Of a stretch of 64,000 bases of DNA, positions 20,654 to 29,606 are shown in pieces. Made by a program: the position numbers and the translations under genes. This stretch comes from Amylibacter sp. (GTDB lineage Bacteria > Pseudomonadota > Alphaproteobacteria > Rhodobacterales > Rhodobacteraceae), in assembly GCA_021775355.1 (NCBI GenBank), contig JAJFHZ010000025.1, forward strand, positions 6,698 through 70,697. The letters are read 5' to 3'. The first letter of the stretch is position 1. The number at the start of each line of letters is the position of its first letter. Under the pieces are notes generated by a model. It made no database searches, was not told the DNA's origin, and worked only from the letters and a program-made list of their open reading frames with translations.

Positions 20654-21247
20654 TTACCACTCACCACGGTTTCTGATGTCGGTTGATGAAATATCCATCA
20701 TCGGCCCGTTCAACAAGCTCCAGCATGGGGCCCTACGAAACGGCAGTGCCGTAGACCTGCGTGCCGACAAACGGTAGCGCGCGTATCGCCGCGCCGCGGG
20801 TGAACATCCGGCCGTGATCTGCTCTTCAGGTCGCGCCAAAACCCCGATCGGCACCATCTCCATAATATCACTCCAGCGTTCCCACTTATGAAAAGACACC
20901 AGATTGTCCGCCCCCATCAGCCAGACAAATCGAACACCCGTATAAAGCTCAAGCAGCTTTTCCAAAGTTTCAGCCGTGTAACGCGTTCCCAACTTACATT
21001 CCAAATCCGTTACTTTTATACGCGGATGCTGCACCATCGTACGACAAGCCGCCATACGCTTATCCAGTGGGGCAGGCCCGCGCACCTTCAATGGGTTTCC
21101 GGGGGACACCAGCCACCAGACCTGATCCAGACCAAATTCTTTCAACGCCCAAGTTGAGATATGCAAATGCCCAGCATGTGGCGGATCAAAAGAACCGCCC
21201 AACAATCCTATCCGTAAACCTTGGGGCGCATATGGCATCTGTCGCAT
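20654..21247 (-). CDS. nadD: Nicotinate-nucleotide adenylyltransferase
   Basis: GLLGGSFDPPHAGHLHIS nucleotidyltransferase motif, 197 aa. Confidence 0.92.
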   Translation of the reverse strand: MRQMPYAPQGLRIGLLGGSFDPPHAGHLHISTWALKEFGLDQVWWLVSPGNPLKVRGPAPLDKRMAACRTMVQHPRIKVTDLECKLGTRYTAETLEKLLELYTGVRFVWLMGADNLVSFHKWERWSDIMEMVPIGVLARPEEQITAGCSPAARRYARYRLSARRSTALPFRRAPCWSLLNGPMMDISSTDIRNRGEW

Positions 21248-21375
21248 CTGAGGTTCCTAGGTTAACGCATAGGTGGATGTAGTCACAGTTATATAATCTT
21301 ACAAACGCTATACAAGACAGCACTTCAAAAACACAAGACTGGAACAAAAGCTTCATGGGCATGGGCTTGCCTTGA

Positions 21376-21404
21376 TGTAACAAGAATGTAACAATAGCGT
21401 AACA
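21376..21404 (+). promoter_or_regulatory. Three 11-bp-phased direct repeats (T/C)GTAACA; candidate PhoB-type (Pho box-like) site
   Basis: TGTAACA at 21376 and 21387 and CGTAACA at 21398, immediately upstream of the DUF47-PiT phosphate operon. Confidence 0.5.
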
Positions 21405-21437
21405 ACAATAAACTTGGCAAACGGCAGTAAACTAAAA

Positions 21438-22088
21438 ATGACTTTAAATCTTTTCCGCAGAACAAAACAGCTTGAGCAACAAATTGACAGCTTCTTCGAC
21501 AAATTATCAGAATCTTCGGTCGTTTATCGCCTAGCAGTGCGGCTTTATCTGCGTGAAGGGCTGACCGACGAATTTCAAGAACGGCTGGAACGCATCAATA
21601 CATTAGAGTCCGAAGCTGATGTTTTACGCCGCAGCATCGAACAGCAACTTTATACGGAAACGCTTATTCCGGACAGTCGCGGCGATGTATTGGGTCTGAT
21701 CGAAACCGTTGACCAGTTGTTGTCACAATTCGAAGGCTCGCTTTGGGCACTTTCCATTGAAAAACCTGATATTCCGGATGAGTTTCGCAACGGGTACAGA
21801 AAATTGACCAACATGGTGGTCAGAGCTGCGGATGAGCTGGCCTTAAGTGGCCGCGCCTTTTTCCGTTCACCCCATGATGTGCCTGCACATAATCACAAAG
21901 TCATGCTTTACGAAAAAGAGGCCGACGCCATCAGCACCAAATTGAAAATGGCAATCTTCGCATCTGATCTGGAACTGTCACATAAAATTCACCTGCGCGA
22001 ATTCGTTGAACAGATCGACAGCGTCGCTGACCTTGCTGAAGACGTCACCGACAGGCTGGCGATCTACGCCATCAAGCGACTCGTTTAA
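21438..22088 (+). CDS. DUF47 / PhoU-related phosphate transport regulator-like protein
   Basis: Helical protein preceding PiT in the usual DUF47-PiT pair. The track start is TTG at 21414; ATG at 21438 is preferred. Confidence 0.8.
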   Translation: MTLNLFRRTKQLEQQIDSFFDKLSESSVVYRLAVRLYLREGLTDEFQERLERINTLESEADVLRRSIEQQLYTETLIPDSRGDVLGLIETVDQLLSQFEGSLWALSIEKPDIPDEFRNGYRKLTNMVVRAADELALSGRAFFRSPHDVPAHNHKVMLYEKEADAISTKLKMAIFASDLELSHKIHLREFVEQIDSVADLAEDVTDRLAIYAIKRLV

Positions 22089-22093
22089 ACATC

Positions 22094-23140
22094 ATGGATC
22101 CACTTATACTGATATTCCTGTCCAGCGGGCTATTCCTTGGTTGGGCACTTGGTGCAAATGATGCCGCAAACGTGTTCGGAACCGCGGTCGGCACCAAGAT
22201 GGTCAAGTTTCGCACCGCGGCCATCATCTGTTCCATCTTCATCATCCTCGGTGCATTGGTTTCAGGTGGCGGGACAACCCATACTCTTGGTAAACTCGGC
22301 GCAATTTCGGCTTTGCCGGGCGCATTCATGACAGCCCTTTCCGCCGCTTTAGCCGTGTATTCCATGACGAAATCAGGCCTGCCCGTTTCCACATCACAAG
22401 CGATTGTCGGGGCTATTATCGGCTGGAACCTGTTTTCAGGTAGCCCGACGGACGCATCAACTTTGACCAAAATCCTAAGCACATGGATCATCTGCCCGGT
22501 TCTATCGGCTTTTATCGCTATCATTCTATTCAAAATGCATAAATTCACCAGCAAGCGTATTCCGATCCATATGATCATGGCCGACGCCTATACCAGATTT
22601 GCACTGATTATCGCGGGTGCCTTGGGGGCTTATTCACTTGGTGCCAACAATATCGCCAACGTCATTGGTGTGTTTATTCCGGGCGAACCCTTACCCGCAC
22701 TTCAGGTTGGCGCCTTCATATTCTCTTCCACCCAGCAGTTGTTTTTACTAGGCGGGGTCGCCATAGCAGTTGGTGTCTGGACATATTCAAAACGCGTGAT
22801 GATGACCGTGGGCAACAATCTGGGACGACTTTCCGCAAATTCAGCCCTAATCTCGGTTATATCGCACTCCATCGTCTTGTTCATGTTCGCGTCACGCGGG
22901 TTAGAGGCATGGCTTGCAGGCCACGGTCTGCCCACCATCCCGCTGGTACCCGTATCAAGTTCACAAGCCGTGGTCGGTGCCGTAGTCGGCATATCCATTC
23001 TACAAGGCACCGCTGGCATTCGCTGGTCTGTACTGGGAAGAATAGTTATCGGTTGGATCGTCACCCCCATAGCTGCGTGTTTCATCTGCTTTATCGGCCT
23101 GTTCTTTTTGCAAAACGTCTTTAGGCTGACAGTTCAATAG
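22094..23140 (+). CDS. Inorganic phosphate transporter, PiT family
   Basis: 348 aa. GANDAANVFGTAVGT near the N-terminus and GANNIANVIG in the second half, the duplicated PHO4 signature. Confidence 0.92.
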   Translation: MDPLILIFLSSGLFLGWALGANDAANVFGTAVGTKMVKFRTAAIICSIFIILGALVSGGGTTHTLGKLGAISALPGAFMTALSAALAVYSMTKSGLPVSTSQAIVGAIIGWNLFSGSPTDASTLTKILSTWIICPVLSAFIAIILFKMHKFTSKRIPIHMIMADAYTRFALIIAGALGAYSLGANNIANVIGVFIPGEPLPALQVGAFIFSSTQQLFLLGGVAIAVGVWTYSKRVMMTVGNNLGRLSANSALISVISHSIVLFMFASRGLEAWLAGHGLPTIPLVPVSSSQAVVGAVVGISILQGTAGIRWSVLGRIVIGWIVTPIAACFICFIGLFFLQNVFRLTVQ

Positions 23141-23197
23141 GCTTGATCCTGGATCATTTTGGCTTGCCATCATTTAAACCCTATGATGTGGTGCCCC

Positions 23198-23968
23198 ATG
23201 TTCGATCTTGGAATTGGGATAACGCTGCTTCTTTTCGGTGCCGGGGTCTTAGCCGGCGCATTGAACGCCGTGGCAGGGGGCGCTACATTCTTCACTTTCC
23301 CGGCTCTCATTTTGGCAGGTCTTTCACCGCTTGTGGCCAATGCAACCAATTTCGTCGCGTTGGTTCCCAGCAATATTGCAGCGTTGCCGGCATTTCGAAC
23401 AGAATTAAAATCACTGGGTAGAAAACTTATTGCACCGCTTATTGTTGGTGCAACGGGTGGCCTTATCGGTGCACTCGCCCTCATCAACCTTGGTGGTGAT
23501 CTGTTTGCATCCGCGGTTCCCTATCTGATGGGGTTTGCAACACTATTGTTTGCAACAGCGCCCCACATACGAAAAATAGTCGAACAGCGGCGCGAAGGCC
23601 CGACAAGGCAAGTATCAATTCTGCCAATGCTTCTTCTATTCGTTTTCTCGCTATATGGTGGTTACTTTGGGGCGGGTCTCGGCCAGATAATCTTAGCCGC
23701 TCTGATTTTAAATGGTCACGATGATTTTCATATTAGCAATGCACTAAAAAACGCCGTCATCGCTGCAATCAGCCTTCTGTCTGTTGCAGTTTACGGCTTC
23801 AGCGGTGCCGTTTCAGTTCCCCACGCCGTCGTTATGATGCTTGGTGCCACAGTGGGCGGTTACCTGGGCGGCACTTTTTCCAAACGCGTTCCACAACAAG
23901 CCCTTCGAAACGGTGTGATCATTTTTGGAACACTTCTAACTATCTACTATTTTATCTCGAACCAGTAA
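23198..23968 (+). CDS. TauE/SafE family sulfite/anion exporter
   Basis: Polytopic protein, LNAVAGGATFFTFPALILAGLSPLVANATN typical of TauE. The start is set at Met 23198. Confidence 0.8.
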   Translation: MFDLGIGITLLLFGAGVLAGALNAVAGGATFFTFPALILAGLSPLVANATNFVALVPSNIAALPAFRTELKSLGRKLIAPLIVGATGGLIGALALINLGGDLFASAVPYLMGFATLLFATAPHIRKIVEQRREGPTRQVSILPMLLLFVFSLYGGYFGAGLGQIILAALILNGHDDFHISNALKNAVIAAISLLSVAVYGFSGAVSVPHAVVMMLGATVGGYLGGTFSKRVPQQALRNGVIIFGTLLTIYYFISNQ

Positions 23969-24156
23969 GTTTTGACCGATAAGATACACTTTTGGATTGA
24001 CTGTTCAATATAGGTCTCAGCTAAGCCTGAAATCTGGTCACACGTAATTGTCCGCTTTCCTTGGTTATATTACTAAGCAACACAACGTCAGCTTTGTCCG
24101 GTGGTCATTCGCATTTATCAAACCAAGATGTAGGATAAATGCCAACCAGTCCTACC

Positions 24157-25005
24157 CTAAAAATCCAACCCCAGATCAAGGTTCGTCACAGTATGGGTCA
24201 AGGCGCCTACGGAAATAAAGTCAACACCTGTTGACGCCACGCCGGCAATCCTTTCCAGCCGCATATTCCCGCTAGCCTCAACCACCATAGCACCGTTGAT
24301 CATGCCAACGGCGGTCGTCATATCGGCATTGTTCATATTATCCAAAAGCACGCAATCAGCTACGCCGACTGCCAGCACTTCTTCCAGTTGCGCCAGCGTA
24401 TCCACTTCTATTTCAATCCTGCGCATGTGTGATGCGAAGTCCCGTGCACGTTCCAAAACGTCGCGCACGGAACCTGCCGCGGCAATATGATTATCCTTGA
24501 TCATAATTGCATCATTCAGCCCAAAGCGGTGGTTTGACCCGCCACCGTGTCGCACGGCTTCCTTTTCTACCAAACGCAACCCCGGTGTGGTCTTACGTGT
24601 GCAGGTAATCTTGGCCTTTGTCCCCCTAGTTTCCGCCACGAACGCCGCTGTCATCGTAGCAATGCCGGACAAACGGCCTGCCAAGTTCAACGCGACACGT
24701 TCGCCCATCAGGATCGACTTGGCATCGCCCTTGATAGTCATACAAACATCGCCTGCTTTCGCTATCCCACCATCGCCGATCAGCGTTTCAACCTGCAAAG
24801 TCGGGTCAACTGTATAAAAAGACAGTCGCGCCAGTTGCATGCCCGAAATCACGCCTGCATCGCGCGTATTCAAACGCGCAGCATAAACTGTACCGTCAGG
24901 AATAACCGCACGGCTTGTCACATCTCCCGCACCACCCAGATCTTCGTCCAAAGAGCGGGTGATCAGATCTTGCAACAGAAAATCAGCAAGTGGGGAATGG
25001 GTCAT
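24157..25005 (-). CDS. nadC: Nicotinate-nucleotide diphosphorylase (carboxylating)
   Basis: QPRTase pattern TRKTTPGLR...HRFGLNDAIMIKDNH. AAGGAGG lies 7 nt upstream of ATG 25005, so the track start at 25020 is probably the RBS region. Confidence 0.93.
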   Translation of the reverse strand: MTHSPLADFLLQDLITRSLDEDLGGAGDVTSRAVIPDGTVYAARLNTRDAGVISGMQLARLSFYTVDPTLQVETLIGDGGIAKAGDVCMTIKGDAKSILMGERVALNLAGRLSGIATMTAAFVAETRGTKAKITCTRKTTPGLRLVEKEAVRHGGGSNHRFGLNDAIMIKDNHIAAAGSVRDVLERARDFASHMRRIEIEVDTLAQLEEVLAVGVADCVLLDNMNNADMTTAVGMINGAMVVEASGNMRLERIAGVASTGVDFISVGALTHTVTNLDLGLDF

Positions 25006-25023
25006 ATCAGCCTCCTTCAAGTG

Positions 25024-25263
25024 TTAACGCCGCCGCCAATGCGTTGGCACGATTATCAGTGAGCCGACAGAGGAGATTATCGCATTCACCCCATGAGTGC
25101 CGAAGCTGAAACCGAACAATGCGCGTATCCAGAAAAACACCACGGCACCACCAACACATACGATGATCGAAATCAGATAACCGTTGCGGGTAAACCCGGT
25201 TTTTTCGCTGAAATAGCCAATGATAATGGCTATGAATATTGTTCCGGGCAAGGCGATGAACAT
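25024..25263 (-). CDS. GlsB/YeaQ/YmgE family small membrane (transglycosylase-associated) protein
   Basis: 79 aa with three hydrophobic helices, IIGYFSEK...GYLISIIVCVGGAVV. Sits between nadB and nadC. Confidence 0.7.
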   Translation of the reverse strand: MFIALPGTIFIAIIIGYFSEKTGFTRNGYLISIIVCVGGAVVFFWIRALFGFSFGTHGVNAIISSVGSLIIVPTHWRRR

Positions 25264-25275
25264 CGGTTATTCCTT

Positions 25276-26823
25276 TCACAAACTATCCCGCAAAGCCAAG
25301 GCTTGCGCATAGGTGATTTCAGTGCGGTGCTTTAGCTTATCATCCTTTTCAGGATAATCGGTACGGTAATGTCCACCGCGCGATTCGTGCCGATTATAAG
25401 CCGCCGCCGCGATCAAAGTAGCGGCCACCAGCATATTGTCAAAATTCGTCGACACCCCGCCAAACCGCACGTCCAAGTCATGTAAATCCCGCAATGCCTG
25501 CGCCAAGCCAACCCCATCTCGGATTACACCCACCTTATCCGACATAATCGTGCGCAACTCCATCACGGCTGCATCATTCACACCTTGATAGCCAAGATCA
25601 GGCGTTACCAGATCGGTCACAAATTCCTGCCCTTGCCCCGCTTCAATCGTCTGCATCATCCCGCCCGCACAGGTGGCGGCATAAACCAACGCTTCCAGCA
25701 AACCGTTTGACGCCAGCCGATTGGCCCCATGCAAACCGGTTGAGGCCGCTTCGCCTGAAACCCAAAGACCCTTGATGGATGACCGCCCATTCCTATCCGT
25801 GGCCACCCCACCCATATGATAGTGTGCCGCAGGCACAATCGGAATTGTTTCTGTCACAGGATCGATACCTGCCTGTTGGCAATAGCGATAAACCGATATG
25901 AACTCGTCCTTGATATGCGCCCCAATCGCTTCACGCGTATCCAGCACGGGCACATTACCTGCCTGATGCTGATGAAAATTCGCACGCGCCACAATATCGC
26001 GCGGTGCCAATTCGGCGTCCGGATGCACACCTAGCATATAACGCTCGCCATGCTTGTTAAATAGGATCGCACCTTCGCCGCGCAACGCTTCAGTTGCCAG
26101 CGGATTGGGATCAATCCCAACATCCATTGCAGTGGGATGAAACTGCACAAATTCCGCATCCGCTATCACAGCCCCCGCGCGTGCAGCCATGCCCAGTGCC
26201 AATCCGCGCACGGACGGCGGATTTGTGGTTTTCAGATAAAGACTGCCTGCGCCACCAGCTGCCAGCAAATAAGCTTTGGCCTGAATGACATAAGGAGGTG
26301 TATTGTTTTCAGACACCACGACACCTTGCATCGCATTGTCTTTCACAATGAAATCCAGTGCGGTGGCCCCTTCAATAACCGTGATCGATGGTGTATTCTG
26401 CACCTCTTCAATCAGGGTTTTCATAATCGCAGCTCCCGCTTGATCACCCTTCACACGCACCACTCGGGCAAACCCGTGGGCGGCTTCCTTTGACATCACA
26501 AAATCGCCTTTGGGCGTGCGATCAAAAGGTGTGCCAACTTCGGCCAGTTCCAATACATGTTCCTTGGCTGCTTGGGTCACAAAAGCGGCAATGTCCGCGT
26601 CCACAATCCCGTCACCTGCATTGATCGTATCCAACGCATGCGCTTCAGGCGTATCTTTCTTATCCATAGCAGCCGCAACACCGCCCTGCGCCCATGCACT
26701 TGACGCGCCATACCCCAACGCCATCGGGGACAACACCGTTACGGGACGCGGTGCCAAGGTCAGGGCGGTGTAAAGCCCGGCCAAACCGGCACCTATAATC
26801 AGAATATTGTGTTGCTCCGACAA
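25276..26823 (-). CDS. nadB: L-aspartate oxidase
   Basis: ILIIGAGLAGL FAD fold, HYHMGGV, RGGHYRTDYP. Confidence 0.95.
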   Translation of the reverse strand: MSEQHNILIIGAGLAGLYTALTLAPRPVTVLSPMALGYGASSAWAQGGVAAAMDKKDTPEAHALDTINAGDGIVDADIAAFVTQAAKEHVLELAEVGTPFDRTPKGDFVMSKEAAHGFARVVRVKGDQAGAAIMKTLIEEVQNTPSITVIEGATALDFIVKDNAMQGVVVSENNTPPYVIQAKAYLLAAGGAGSLYLKTTNPPSVRGLALGMAARAGAVIADAEFVQFHPTAMDVGIDPNPLATEALRGEGAILFNKHGERYMLGVHPDAELAPRDIVARANFHQHQAGNVPVLDTREAIGAHIKDEFISVYRYCQQAGIDPVTETIPIVPAAHYHMGGVATDRNGRSSIKGLWVSGEAASTGLHGANRLASNGLLEALVYAATCAGGMMQTIEAGQGQEFVTDLVTPDLGYQGVNDAAVMELRTIMSDKVGVIRDGVGLAQALRDLHDLDVRFGGVSTNFDNMLVAATLIAAAAYNRHESRGGHYRTDYPEKDDKLKHRTEITYAQALALRDSL

Positions 26824-26827
26824 AAGC

Positions 26828-27871
26828 CTACTTCTTCAAGTTGATCATGCGTTCCACCGCCAGACGGGCCTTATCCGCCAAAGCTGGATCGACAGTGACC
26901 TCTTCTGTCATCGTATGCAAGGACCATAGAATTTTTTCCAACGTAATACGCTGCATATGCGGGCACAGATTGCACGGGCCCAGAAAATTTACCTCCGGCA
27001 CCTCATCGGCAATGTTTGACCCCATTGAACATTCGGTGATCAGCAATACCTTTTCAGGTTTGTTTTCGCGTACATAGTTGATCATACCCGCGGTCGAGCC
27101 ACTGAAATCGGCCTCATCCACCACATCCGTCGGGCATTCGGGATGCGCTATAATGACTGCGTCAGGCTCGTATTTGCGATACTCGCGCAATTCATCCGCT
27201 TTGAACTCGATATGCACCATGCACGAGCCTTCCCAATAAACGATCTTTTTCTTGGTCTGTTTGGCCACGTTTTGTGCCAAATGTCCGTCCGGGGTCATGA
27301 TCACCACATCACTGTCCATTGAATTGATGATTTCAACCGCATTGCCGGATGTACAACAAATATCGGATGCAGCCTTCACCTCTGCCGTGGTGTTCACATA
27401 CGATACGACTGGTGCCCCCGGATTATCGCGGCGCATCTGTTCAATATCCTTAGCGGTAATGCTTTCTGCCAATGAACAACCAGCACGGCTATCAGGGATC
27501 AGCACGGTTTTTTCTGGTGATAAAATCTTGGATGTTTCTGCCATAAAATGCACACCGCACTGCACTATCACGCTTTCCTTAACTTTGGTCGCTTCAATAG
27601 CCAATTGCAGACTATCGCCAACAATATCGGCCACCCCGTGATAAATATCGGGTGTCATATAATTATGCGCCAAAATAACAGCGTCTTTTTCACGTTTCAA
27701 TTTATTGATCGCCAACACATATGGCGCATGGCGCGCCCAATCCGCTTCAGGGATCACACGATCAACGCGGTCATATATGGCTTGCGTATCTTTTACTAAA
27801 GCCAAGGACGGCTGTAGATCAAAAGCCGCTTCCAGTTGCGATTTCATTTCAGGGCTGCCGGGAAGTATCAT
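26828..27871 (-). CDS. nadA: Quinolinate synthase
   Basis: [19 protein letters not shown], three conserved Cys regions. The true start is uncertain among 27958, 27871 and 27847. Confidence 0.9.
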   Translation of the reverse strand: MILPGSPEMKSQLEAAFDLQPSLALVKDTQAIYDRVDRVIPEADWARHAPYVLAINKLKREKDAVILAHNYMTPDIYHGVADIVGDSLQLAIEATKVKESVIVQCGVHFMAETSKILSPEKTVLIPDSRAGCSLAESITAKDIEQMRRDNPGAPVVSYVNTTAEVKAASDICCTSGNAVEIINSMDSDVVIMTPDGHLAQNVAKQTKKKIVYWEGSCMVHIEFKADELREYRKYEPDAVIIAHPECPTDVVDEADFSGSTAGMINYVRENKPEKVLLITECSMGSNIADEVPEVNFLGPCNLCPHMQRITLEKILWSLHTMTEEVTVDPALADKARLAVERMINLKK

Positions 27872-27966
27872 AAAGAAACCCTTCGGTTTTATCTTCGGTT
27901 CGTTAATAAATAAGGGCTTCTTTATGGAAATAGAAGGCCAAAACGTATGATCGCGCAATAATTACC

Positions 27967-28890
27967 TTATGCCGCCTTATCGCTGCTTTTCGCTTTTGCC
28001 ATAAAAACCTCGCTCATGAAGGTCAAAAACAACCGTGTCAGGCTGCGGCTACCGGCATTTCTCGGCCAAACCGCATATACACTTATCAATTCACTGGTCC
28101 AATCAGGCAACACCCGTACCAATTTACCGGCCGATAGCTCCTGTTCAACATACATCTCCGGCAACCATGTCAAACCACGCCCCAAAAGTGCCATTTGTTT
28201 TTTCGCTTCACCGTTATCACACCAAAACCTGCTGTTCTTAACCTGCCCCCTGAATATCTCTCCGCTGCCATCGGTTTTATGCAAAACCATATCGCTCCAA
28301 CCAATTTCACAGATAAATGGATAATCCAGATCAAGCATATCCTGCGGGACCTTGATTGCCCCGTGTTTTTCAATCAGTTCAGGTGATGCAAACAGACACC
28401 CATAACCTTCTGTCAATTTGCGTACCATAAAATTACTATCGGAAAGATCACCCGCCTGTATCGCAAGATCATAACCGCTTTCATTTAAATTATGGCGATC
28501 AATAGAATATGAAATCTCCAAATCAATATCAGGATATTTATCCAGGAAAGCCGTTAAAATAGCCGTGAACTTGGGTGATGCTAAAAAACTGGGTACCGCA
28601 ATTGACAGTTTACCACACGGGCTTTCCATCACATTTTGCAGCTCTTCCAAACCGGTTTCCGCCGCATCCAGCATATTATTGGCATGCATGGACAGACGCT
28701 GCCCTGCTTCTGTCAACGTCAAAGACCGCGTTGATCTATAGACCAGCGCTGTATCAAGCGTCTTTTCCAGCTGCGAAATATGTTGGCTGACAACCGGGGC
28801 GGAAATCCCCAGCACATTTGCCGCAGCCGAGAATGACCCGGTTTCGGCAACTTTGGCGAAGACCGCCAGTGATTTAAGTTTTGGTAACAT
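27967..28890 (-). CDS. LysR family transcriptional regulator
   Basis: LKSLAVFAKVAETGSFSAAANVLGISAPVVSQHISQLE HTH. Co-directional with and immediately upstream of nadA. Confidence 0.9.
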   Translation of the reverse strand: MLPKLKSLAVFAKVAETGSFSAAANVLGISAPVVSQHISQLEKTLDTALVYRSTRSLTLTEAGQRLSMHANNMLDAAETGLEELQNVMESPCGKLSIAVPSFLASPKFTAILTAFLDKYPDIDLEISYSIDRHNLNESGYDLAIQAGDLSDSNFMVRKLTEGYGCLFASPELIEKHGAIKVPQDMLDLDYPFICEIGWSDMVLHKTDGSGEIFRGQVKNSRFWCDNGEAKKQMALLGRGLTWLPEMYVEQELSAGKLVRVLPDWTSELISVYAVWPRNAGSRSLTRLFLTFMSEVFMAKAKSSDKAA

Positions 28891-29046
28891 AGAATCTTAT
28901 TGCACGATTTTTCAAAACAATGAAATAGTTTTATTTGGTATACTCACCCAATGAAACTTGTCCTACATTCTTTTCAACAGCGATCAACACTTCAAATCGC
29001 AACAAATTCAAACGCGCACCTCCCGCGCAAAAAAAGGGCCAAAACA

Positions 29047-29244
29047 ATGAAAAAGATCATCATCACAGCCGCCGCAGCCGTAGCAATTATAGCGCCAAGC
29101 GCATCATTCGCTTCGGATAATCTCAACATCCCTACATTCAACTTTGGCAATGTCGAAAAAGCGGTGCAACCCGTTACCAAATTGAACATCCAAACTGCAA
29201 GTGAAGCCGTTAGAGTCCCCGTCGAAGCAAACGAACAAAAATAA
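29047..29244 (+). CDS. Small secreted hypothetical protein
   Basis: MKKIIITAAAAVAIIAPSASFA signal peptide. The start is set at the internal ATG of track ORF 28951..29244. Confidence 0.5.
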   Translation: MKKIIITAAAAVAIIAPSASFASDNLNIPTFNFGNVEKAVQPVTKLNIQTASEAVRVPVEANEQK

Positions 29245-29304
29245 CGTCTGCTTTGGCTGCCCCGGCGAACGCTCCCATTTTCCCAGTTTGCCGGGGCCTA
29301 AAAC

Positions 29305-29430
29305 CTACTCGGTATCTTCAAAGAATTCTTCATTGCTTTGATATGTCGGCAGATCAGTGTCGGATTTACTGACAGACGATTGCGCACATCCCGCCAAAAC
29401 GACCAAAATCACCATAAATCGTACCAACAT
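29305..29430 (-). CDS. 41-aa putative lipoprotein
   Basis: My own translation of the minus strand gives MLVRFMVILVVLAGCAQSSV..., with lipobox LAGC. It is below the track length cutoff. Confidence 0.4.
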   Translation of the reverse strand: MLVRFMVILVVLAGCAQSSVSKSDTDLPTYQSNEEFFEDTE

Positions 29431-29606
29431 TTCCATTCCTACCTTAAATCACTTCATTTAAGCACCTGTTTTGCACCATTCCCTGCCTGATGCAACAGAC
29501 CGTGCGTTCAATATTTCGTAAGACAAGATCGCATTTCCTGTTTGCGCATTGCGCCGATAAAAAATACAACCCCTTTTAGAAAATGCGATCAAAAGGGCCT
29601 TAGAAA

